Assembly (NCBI RefSeq): GCF_004376175.1
Contig: NZ_SNUY01000002.1
Location: 103,051-135,050 of the forward strand
Direction: 5' to 3'
DNA: 32,000 nt
DNA from: Halalkalibacterium halodurans
GTDB taxonomy: Bacteria; Bacillota; Bacilli; Bacillales; Bacillaceae_D
The notes under the pieces are model-generated. The model was given only the letters and a program-made list of their open reading frames with translations, ran no database searches and was not told the origin of the DNA. Made by a program: the position numbers and the translations under genes. Within the stretch, counting starts at the first letter, position 1. Each line of letters begins with the position of its first letter. This document shows positions 1 to 7,781 of this stretch, in pieces.

Positions 1-624
1 GCGAGCGACCAGCCGTTATTTGCCCGGAGAATCCAACAAGAAAAAGCGATCCATTTAGTCGAGTTATTGGAGCAATTTAATTGCCACATTCGTGTATTTC
101 ATGAATCGTATGCCGTGGGTAATCGTATGAATCAGAAAAACCATCTGATTGCAAAGATGACTGTTGGCATTGGAGATCCTTTGTTCTATCCGGTTCATTT
201 CGTTGATACGGTAAGTGATCAGCTTCTGAAAGATCCATTTGCTCCGTTGAAAGTGCAAGCTGAATTTACAGATGACTTGGAAAAAGAGCGAGCATTGCGA
301 GAGTTGAAGGCAGCAATCCCATCGATTACCATATCGTCAGGAGAAGAAGGGCGAATCGATATTGTGAACTATAGTGTGAGCAAAGGGAGAGCTCTGCTTC
401 GACTTGCCCAGCATCTTGGCATCGGTCCAGAAGAAACAGTGGCTATTGGGGCTTCAAAGGCGGATGTGGAGATGGTGAGCCAAGTTGGCTTAGGAGTCGC
501 AATGGGCAATGGAACAAAGGAAGTAAAAGAAGCGGCCCATTGGGTGACGCGCACCCACGATCAAAATGGCGTATCTTATATGGTGCGAGAAGTATTTCGC
601 AAACAGTTACGCGTTCAATTATAA
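1..624 (+). CDS. Cof-type HAD-IIB family hydrolase (YhaX-like), 5' end outside window
   Basis: Frame 1 is open from nt 1 (ASDQPLFARRIQQEKAIHLVELLEQF...), so the listed 67-624 ORF starts at an internal TTG. The C-terminal IGASKADVEMVSQVGLGVAMGNGTKEVKEAAHWVT matches the Cof/HAD-IIB signature. It sits upstream of hemZ, as yhaX does in B. subtilis. Confidence 0.7.
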   Translation, partial: ASDQPLFARRIQQEKAIHLVELLEQFNCHIRVFHESYAVGNRMNQKNHLIAKMTVGIGDPLFYPVHFVDTVSDQLLKDPFAPLKVQAEFTDDLEKERALRELKAAIPSITISSGEEGRIDIVNYSVSKGRALLRLAQHLGIGPEETVAIGASKADVEMVSQVGLGVAMGNGTKEVKEAAHWVTRTHDQNGVSYMVREVFRKQLRVQL

Positions 625-650
625 AGTGAAACTTAAACGGTTGAACAGTT

Positions 651-676
651 CCCCCTTAAGAAAGACTTAAGGGGGG
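651..676 (+). terminator. Hairpin after the HAD hydrolase gene (weak U-tract)
   Basis: 10-bp perfect stem CCCCCTTAAG / CTTAAGGGGG with a 5-nt loop, 27 nt after the stop. It is followed by GCATTGTTGTG rather than a clean T-run. Confidence 0.35.
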
Positions 677-778
677 CATTGTTGTGAGAAGATATGTAAA
701 ATCACAGTTGATATTCTGTTTCTAGTTGGGTACACTTAGTTTGATTTTGAAAAGGATAGACATGAGGAGTTAGTGACA

Positions 779-2275
779 ATGAACGTTTCCATACACGGGC
801 TTGATCGCCATTATGAACAGCAAATCACTCATTTAGCACAATTATTTATCGAAGAACCAGAGATTTTATGGGGAGAGCAAGAAGCTGATCTTCATGTTTC
901 CTTCGAGCTTTTATCCAATCTAAAAGCACGTGCTTGTCTGAGACATGCGAGCTTAGAACAACCGCTCACGACCTTATTTTCATATCCCGAGTGGTCGATG
1001 TTTGATCGGGCGGATGAACAAAAGCTTATGAAGCGAGTCTTAAATTTTTTGTTTGTTGATGTGATGGAGCAATGGTCTGGGTTGAAGCAGCCGTGGGGCG
1101 TGTTAACAGGCGTAAGGCCGACAAAGCTTATGCACCAAATGCGCAGAGCTGGCTTAAACCGTGAACAGATAAGAAAAGAGCTGAAAGATCTTTATCGAGT
1201 CTCAGAAGAAAAAGTCGGTTTACTGGAACGGATTGTTGAGCGTCAGCTTGCCGTTCTTCCAGACTTGGACGAGCTCGATCGGGGTGTGAGTGTTTACATT
1301 GGTATTCCGTTTTGTCCGACGAAATGCGCTTACTGCACGTTCCCTGCTTACGCAATTAACGGGAAAAATGGCTCTGTAGAGGCTTTTTTAGCCGGCCTTC
1401 ATTATGAAATCGAAGCAACGGGCAAGTGGTTAACAGACCATCAAATACCCGTTACGACGGTTTATTTTGGCGGAGGGACGCCAACGAGCATTACGGCTGA
1501 GCAAATGGATGCTCTTTATGAAACGTTATATGATTCGTTCCCTGCAATGAATCAAGTACGCGAATTGACCGTTGAAGCGGGGCGACCTGATACGATTACC
1601 CCTGAAAAAATTGAAGTGTTGAAAAAGTGGAACGTTGATCGGATTAGCATCAATCCCCAATCGTTTGAAAATGAAACCTTGCAAGCGATCGGTCGTCACC
1701 ATTCGGTGGAAGAGACGATAGAAAAATACAAAATGGCTCGCGATTTAGGGATGGAGAATATTAACATGGATTTAATTATCGGGCTACCTGGAGAAGGGCC
1801 AAAGGAGATGGCTCGCTCTCTAGAAGAGACGAAGAAGCTTATGCCTGAATCGTTGACGGTTCACACGCTTTCCTTTAAGCGAGCGTCCACAATGACGAAA
1901 AACCGTGATAAATACAAGGTAGCAACTCGGGATGAAATTGCCGAGATGATGGCGATGACGAGTAGCTGGACCGAAGACCATGAATATGCCCCCTACTATT
2001 TGTATCGGCAGAAAAACATTTTAGGGAATTTAGAAAATGTCGGGTATGCCTTGCCTGAAAAAGAAAGCCTCTACAACATCGTCATTATGGAAGAAGTTCA
2101 AACCATTATCGGTCTTGGATGCGGGGCGACGAGTAAATGGGTAGAACCGGGGACAGGGAACATCTCGAGACATGCAAACCCGAAAGACCCACGAACCTAT
2201 AACGAACGGTTTAAACAGTATACAGAAGAAAAGCTTGATAAGCTAAATGAGTTATTTCAATATGCAACTAAATAG
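779..2275 (+). CDS. hemZ: Oxygen-independent coproporphyrinogen III oxidase-like radical SAM enzyme HemZ
   Basis: About 498 aa, with the radical-SAM cluster motif CPTKCAYC and HemN/HemZ-like length and layout. A GAGGAG SD lies 9 nt before ATG 779; GTG 773 is only 3 nt from the SD. Synteny with yhaX-hemZ of B. subtilis. Confidence 0.9.
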   Translation: MNVSIHGLDRHYEQQITHLAQLFIEEPEILWGEQEADLHVSFELLSNLKARACLRHASLEQPLTTLFSYPEWSMFDRADEQKLMKRVLNFLFVDVMEQWSGLKQPWGVLTGVRPTKLMHQMRRAGLNREQIRKELKDLYRVSEEKVGLLERIVERQLAVLPDLDELDRGVSVYIGIPFCPTKCAYCTFPAYAINGKNGSVEAFLAGLHYEIEATGKWLTDHQIPVTTVYFGGGTPTSITAEQMDALYETLYDSFPAMNQVRELTVEAGRPDTITPEKIEVLKKWNVDRISINPQSFENETLQAIGRHHSVEETIEKYKMARDLGMENINMDLIIGLPGEGPKEMARSLEETKKLMPESLTVHTLSFKRASTMTKNRDKYKVATRDEIAEMMAMTSSWTEDHEYAPYYLYRQKNILGNLENVGYALPEKESLYNIVIMEEVQTIIGLGCGATSKWVEPGTGNISRHANPKDPRTYNERFKQYTEEKLDKLNELFQYATK

Positions 2276-2443
2276 ATACGGATAAAATGAATCACCTTAA
2301 GGCATAAGCAAAGCCGCGGTGATTTATTTTATTGCATCTTTCTCCAATGATTTCTTAAGAAATTCTTCAGATTTTTACTAAGTATTTGTTAAGATCTCAT
2401 CATTACAATAGAGTTTGACATGGGAAAGGAAGGGACGGTTCAA

Positions 2444-3142
2444 ATGACTCAGGGGTATAACGTGCTTGTGGTCGATGATGATAAGGAAATCCGTGAAGGA
2501 ATCACCATCTATTTAAAAAATGAAGGGATGAACGTCTTTCAAGCGAAAGACGGAATTGAAGCGCTCGAACGTTTAAATGAAGAAGATATTCACTTGATGC
2601 TTCTTGATGTGATGATGCCTCGCCTTGACGGTATACAGACGACGTTAAAGATACGTGAAGCCCGTAACATCCCGATTATTTTTCTCAGTGCGAAAAGTGA
2701 AGAAGCTGATAAGGTACTGGGATTGCAAGTGGGCGGTGATGATTATGTAACAAAACCGTTCAACCCGCTGGAGCTCATTGCGAGAGTAAAGTCTCAGCTT
2801 AGAAGATACGTGAATCTCGGTACATATGAACAGAAAAAGCAGCTTATTAACTTGAACGGGATTACGCTTGATCTTGATGCGAAAGAAGTAAAAGCTTATG
2901 GCGAACCTGTCAAGCTAACACCGATTGAATACCGAATTATTGAATTGTTGATGACTAATGCAGGCCGGGTGTTTTCGATAGCAGAAATCTACGAACGTGT
3001 TTGGAACGAACCGTCCTTTCAATCATCAGAAAATACAGTCGCTGTTCATATACGAAAAATTCGTGAAAAGATCGAAATCGATCCTAGCAACCCGAGACAT
3101 TTAAAAGTCGTTTGGGGAATTGGCTACAAGATGGAGCGATGA
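2444..3142 (+). CDS. OmpR/PhoB-family response regulator
   Basis: Receiver domain (VLVVDDD ... LLDVMMPRLDG ... KPF) plus a winged-helix C-terminus (...HLKVVWGIGYKM). A purine-rich SD (GGAAGGGA) lies about 8 nt upstream of ATG 2444. The alternative ATG 2420 has no SD. Confidence 0.9.
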   Translation: MTQGYNVLVVDDDKEIREGITIYLKNEGMNVFQAKDGIEALERLNEEDIHLMLLDVMMPRLDGIQTTLKIREARNIPIIFLSAKSEEADKVLGLQVGGDDYVTKPFNPLELIARVKSQLRRYVNLGTYEQKKQLINLNGITLDLDAKEVKAYGEPVKLTPIEYRIIELLMTNAGRVFSIAEIYERVWNEPSFQSSENTVAVHIRKIREKIEIDPSNPRHLKVVWGIGYKMER

Positions 3143-3155
3143 ACGGAGGAAATCG

Positions 3156-5407
3156 ATGAAACGAGGAAGAGACATTCAAATTCTGCTCTTATGGTTAGTG
3201 TTGATCACCATCGGCTTTGCATTAGTTGCTTCAGCATTGTTAAAAGCCCCGTATTATACGAAGGACTATTTTGATTCGAATGAGTTTGCCGAAGAGATGG
3301 ATGATTTTTGGGGCTATTTTTATCTATATGAAATCATAGAGACAAACAAGGCCGAATTGTTGGCAAACCTTGAGGTGACAGAGGATGAAATTAATGAACA
3401 CCGGTACAGATACGGTACACTGGCCGAACAAGTTGCCAATATCCACGCCCAATACGAGGAGCAGATTCAGCTTGCCCGCCTAGAGGAGAATGAAGATTTA
3501 GCTCAGTTCTATGAAAACGAACGAGATGAAAAAATAAAAGACATCACGTTAAATTTTGAAAGTGATGAACATGTAAAGAAGAAAATTCTTAAGGAAAAAG
3601 AGGCGCGATTCGATGAACTATTTCAAAGGTTAGAGAGAGATCGCACTTTATATGATAACTACAAGCAATCCATTTATTATGTGTTAAAAGATCGCAACAC
3701 GGAAAAGACGTTTTGGAACCTGTCAAGCGATCAAACGTGGGAAGAAATGAAAGAAGACGAAAGGTTTTTATATGAAACATCTGTGAAAGGGACAGGGGAT
3801 GATCATCCGGTAACGCCGGAGACGTATCGGTTCGAACATCACTTTTACGATTTCCTTCATGGAGATTATGTAATGGATGATGAATATGTAGATATGGACT
3901 ATTATCTTGAGGCTCTAACCGGAGACCTCTCGTATCCAATTTTAGAAGGGAAATTAGCGATTGCAAGTGAACGAAAGGGCAATCGCTTCGTTTCTAATTA
4001 TGAATACTACCAGTTGCAACAGCAGCGGATGATCTATGAAGGGGGCATCGGATTTGTCCTTTTATTAGCAGGTTTATGGTTTAGTCTTAAAAAGGCACCT
4101 TTCCGAGCACTAAGAGGCGGGATTTTTGAGAGGGCCTATCAAAAGCTTCCGATTGATCTTCGTTATAGCGCTTTCCTCATCACGCTATTCATCGACTTGG
4201 CTTTTCTGTTCACATTTGCGCAAGAAGGACAGTTTGCATATACGTACACGATAGAGCATGTGATTGTCATAGGATGTCTCATCTTCCTTGCATTTGTTAC
4301 CTTTAGTCAGCTCGTTTTGTTACTTGATGTCGTGAAAGATCCTGACGTCCATAGCGCCCAATGGCGAAATAGCTTATTGTTCTTGATTATTTCCACGATT
4401 CGCGAAGCGTTTTTAGATTTATCGACAGGGTTTCAGTGGGCATTGATGATGATGATTGTTGGTTTATTTGGAGTAGGAGCTGCGGCTGTATTATATCATC
4501 CGCCCCTGTTGCTCATCTATTTTCCACTCACTCTGCTCGTTTTAGGGCCACACTTGTGTATCTGTTTCGTCAAGCAGGCTACATCAATCAAATTGTGGCC
4601 AATACACGGGACATTAAATCCGGGCATACCCCCCAAGATTTGCCGGTAAGAGGCCGTTCTGCTCTCGCCCTTCTTGCCCAAAACATTAATACGATGAAGA
4701 AAGGGATGAAACAATCAGAGCGAGAGCAAGCCAAAAGCGAGCGATTAAAAACGGAATTGATTACGAATGTAAGTCATGATTTGCGCACGCCATTGACTTC
4801 GATCATTACGTATACAGAACTGTTAAAGGACGCTGATGAACAAGAACGAGCAGATTACATTGAGATCATTGACCGCAAAGCGCGAAGGCTAAAAATATTA
4901 ATCGACGACTTGTTTGAGGCATCAAAAATGTCAAGCGGCAACATCGAATTAACTCTGGAAACAGTCGATGTGTTGCAGTTGTTACAACAAGCGCTAGCTG
5001 AGTATGGAGAAGCGCTCGAACAGTCGTCCCTTCAACTACGAATTTCGGTTCCAGAGGAGCCTTTATATATAAAAGCAGACGGACAAAAAATTTGGCGTGT
5101 GTTTGATAATCTGATCCAAAACATTTTAAAGTATTCTTTGGAGCATACGAGAGTTTATCTATCGGTCAAAGAAAAGAAAGAAACCGTCGAAATTATTATT
5201 AAAAATATCGCCAAGTATGAGTTAGGCGACAATGTGGATGAACTGCTTGAGCGATTTAAGCGGGGAGATCAGTCGCGAAACACGGAAGGGTCTGGGTTAG
5301 GACTTGCCATTGCTAAATCGATTGTCGACCTCCATGAAGGATATTTAGACATCGATGTAGATGGGGATTTGTTTAAGGTGATTATTCAGTTGCCGATGAC
5401 AAATTAG
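3156..5407 (+). pseudogene. Sensor histidine kinase, interrupted by a 1-nt frameshift near 4545-4550 (or sequencing error)
   Basis: The N-terminal part lies in frame 0 from ATG 3156 (GGAGG SD 6 nt upstream) to a stop at 4649. It has TM1, a roughly 290-aa acidic/aromatic domain and a multi-TM block. The HAMP-like linker, HisKA (SHDLRTPLTSI) and HATPase (GSGLGLAIAKSIV) lie in frame 2 up to 5407. Both frames are open across 4436-4649. The sensible junction is ...LTLLVLG|ATLVYLFRQAGY... at GGGCC 4545-4549. Confidence 0.65.
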
Positions 5408-5613
5408 AAAGAGAGTTCAGTGGTTTTAAAAATGTATCCCATCTAGATAGAGTAGTCAGAGAAGTGCTCCTAATAGGTAGACAGATAAATAATTTTTTCG
5501 CCAATTAGGTGCTTTTTTCGCTTTTAAAGCTCAAGTCTAAGAAAAACGATGACTTCTACCAATAAGTCTAGAGAGTAAGAAGTAAAAAAGTTACCATTAT
5601 CTTCATTTTTCCG

Positions 5614-5642
5614 TTGCAATTGAGGAAAGTTTCGATTAAGAT
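5614..5642 (+). promoter_or_regulatory. Candidate sigma-A promoter for the leader peptide/bmrCD operon
   Basis: TTGCAA (5614-5619), a 17-nt spacer, then TAAGAT (5637-5642), about 40 nt upstream of the leader ORF. Confidence 0.3.
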
Positions 5643-5683
5643 ATAAAGGCATAGAACGAGTAGATGAAAGGAGGTTGCTGATC

Positions 5684-5782
5684 ATGAAAAGAGATCATGG
5701 CATGATGGACGTACGACAATTTCATGAAAAGCGTAGCCTCCTGTTAAATATGAATCTTGACGGGATCTCTGGCTGCGCATAG
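5684..5782 (+). CDS. 32-aa leader peptide, positional analogue of BmrB (YheJ)
   Basis: Not in the ORF track because it is under 60 aa. ATG 5684 is preceded by GAAAGGAGG at about 7 nt spacing. It encodes MKRDHGMMDVRQFHEKRSLLLNMNLDGISGCA*. It lies upstream of an intrinsic terminator and of the bmrC/bmrD homologues. Confidence 0.5.
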   Translation: MKRDHGMMDVRQFHEKRSLLLNMNLDGISGCA

Positions 5783-5832
5783 CAGCTGTTTCGGTTATAC
5801 AACTGGTTTCCTCATGATTTTTCAAATCATAA

Positions 5833-5862
5833 GGCATCCACGGCTGCGTGGGTGCCTTTTTT
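5833..5862 (+). terminator. Intrinsic terminator inside the bmrC leader (attenuator)
   Basis: GGCATCCAC-GGCTGC-GTGGGTGCC forms a 9-bp stem with one G-U pair, followed by TTTTTT. It sits 50 nt after the leader ORF stop and 168 nt before the bmrC ATG. Confidence 0.7.
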
Positions 5863-6029
5863 GTTGAAGAAAACAGTTGGAATTTTCCCTCTATTCACAC
5901 GGTTTCATCTACTTGTTTTGAAAAAATAACAGAGGTGATTTGAAATGAAACGAACCATTCAGTTGTTTAAAATGATGGAGCTAGAAGGCGGTTAGTGTCC
6001 GAATAAGAAAAAGGAAGTGAACAATTGTC

Positions 6030-7781
6030 ATGTTACGAGTTCTTGGTCAATTATCTTGGTTCTTTAAAGAAGAATGGAAGCGCTACACGATTGCGCTTGT
6101 TCTCTTATTAATTGTTGGCATTACCGATCTTGCACCAGCATGGATTTTAGGGCTGGCCATTGACGACTTTCAAATGGGTCAATTATCGGTTCAATCAGGC
6201 CTCTATTATGGAGGAATACTTACTTTAATCACGGTCATCAGTTACGGTCTAACCTTTGTATGGATGTCCAAACTGTTTGGTGGTGCCTTTGTCATTGAGA
6301 GGAAGCTACGCAGTAAATTCATGCGTCATTTATTCAAGATGGACCCGACTTTCTATGAACGGCAGCGAACGGGTGACTTAATGGCACGAGGAACGAACGA
6401 TTTAAAGGCGGTATCTAATACAGCTGGGTTTGGCATATTGACACTGATCGATTCAAGTGTGTTTATGTTTACGATCTTGATTGCCATGTGCGTGTTGATT
6501 GATTGGAAGCTTACCATTGCCGCTGTCCTACCGTTGCCGTTAATGGCGATTATCATTACGGTGCTAGGGAAAAAAATTCATGGCCGCTTTATGATGGCAC
6601 AAGATGCGTTTGGCTCTTTAAACGATAAAGTGCTTGAATCGGTTGGGGGATTACGAGTCATCCGTGCGTTCAGTAAGGAGCGAGCAGATGAAGACCATTT
6701 TCGCGAAATGAGCGAGAATGTCTATCAAAAAAACATCCTTGTAGCGAAAACCGATGCGCTATTTGAACCAGCCGTCAACATAATCGTTGGAATGAGCTAT
6801 ATTATCGGGTTAGGATTTGGCTCCTACTTAGTGTTCCAGCAACAAATTACTCTCGGCCAATTGGTGACGTTTAATGTCTATCTTGGGATGTTAATATGGC
6901 CAATGTTTGCGATTGGGGAACTAATCAACATTATGCAGCGAGGCAGCGCTTCCCTTGACAGAATAGACGAAACGTTGCGAGAGCGGGAGGATGTCCCGAA
7001 TCCTGAGCAGCCAACTAACACGACCGATTTTCAAGATATTCGCTTTCAACAGTTGTCCTTTAAGTACCCTGGCTCAAAAGGAACGCAATTGAAGCAAGTA
7101 TCGTTTCAAGTGAATAGAGGTGAGACGCTCGGAATTGTGGGCCGAACGGGCAGCGGGAAAACAACACTTGTGAAACAACTATTAAAATATTATCCGATCC
7201 ATGAAGGGGAAGTGTCGTTAACGGATACAGCTCTTCGTGATATGGAAAAACAACATGTCCGCAAGTGGATTGGTTACGTTCCACAAGATCATATTCTTTT
7301 CTCAAAAACGGTGAAGGAAAACATTTTATTTGGAAAGCAGGATGCGATGGAAGAAGAGCTACAAAAAGCGATTCGTCTTTCAGCATTTGATCAAGATTTA
7401 AGCTTTCTACCAGACGGGTTAGAGACGCTCGTCGGTGAAAAAGGGGTGGCTCTTTCCGGGGGACAAAAGCAGCGAATTTCAATTGCTCGCGCCCTCATCG
7501 CTGATCCTGACATTTTGATCTTAGATGATTCATTGTCAGCGGTTGATGCGAAAACAGAGGCGAAAATAATTGCCAATATTCGCAAGGAACGTGCAGGTAA
7601 AACAACAGTCATTACGACGCATCGTATTTCTGCTGTAGAGCACGCAGACCGAATTCTCGTATTAGACGAAGGCCGCGTAATCGAAGAAGGGACTCACCAA
7701 CAGCTGCTCCAAAAAGACGGTTGGTACGCAGAGCAAGCGCGAAGGCAAGCGCTTGATCCAGTAGAGGGGGTGAGCCCATGA
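6030..7781 (+). CDS. bmrC: Heterodimeric multidrug ABC exporter subunit BmrC (YheI)
   Basis: 583 aa with a type-I exporter fold: 6 TM plus an NBD. Motifs are Walker A GRTGSGKTT, signature LSGGQKQR and Walker B ILILDDS. Size and gene order match B. subtilis YheI. Confidence 0.85.
   Translation: MLRVLGQLSWFFKEEWKRYTIALVLLLIVGITDLAPAWILGLAIDDFQMGQLSVQSGLYYGGILTLITVISYGLTFVWMSKLFGGAFVIERKLRSKFMRHLFKMDPTFYERQRTGDLMARGTNDLKAVSNTAGFGILTLIDSSVFMFTILIAMCVLIDWKLTIAAVLPLPLMAIIITVLGKKIHGRFMMAQDAFGSLNDKVLESVGGLRVIRAFSKERADEDHFREMSENVYQKNILVAKTDALFEPAVNIIVGMSYIIGLGFGSYLVFQQQITLGQLVTFNVYLGMLIWPMFAIGELINIMQRGSASLDRIDETLREREDVPNPEQPTNTTDFQDIRFQQLSFKYPGSKGTQLKQVSFQVNRGETLGIVGRTGSGKTTLVKQLLKYYPIHEGEVSLTDTALRDMEKQHVRKWIGYVPQDHILFSKTVKENILFGKQDAMEEELQKAIRLSAFDQDLSFLPDGLETLVGEKGVALSGGQKQRISIARALIADPDILILDDSLSAVDAKTEAKIIANIRKERAGKTTVITTHRISAVEHADRILVLDEGRVIEEGTHQQLLQKDGWYAEQARRQALDPVEGVSP

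Noticed and set aside
3589-3966. 125-aa antisense ORF within the kinase sensor domain.
   Set aside because: It is a shadow frame inside a coding region with a consistent sense-strand reading frame, and it has no initiation signals.
4540-4560. Programmed -1 ribosomal frameshift in the histidine kinase.
   Set aside because: There is no X-XXY-YYZ slippery heptamer and no obvious downstream stimulatory structure at the junction. A simple single-base indel at GGGCC is more parsimonious.
5408-5530. Possible terminator after the histidine kinase (GCTCCTAAT ... ATTAGGTGC followed by TTTTTT).
   Set aside because: The stem is only 8 of 9 bp with an internal mismatch and a ~32-nt loop. That is too weak to call a feature with confidence.
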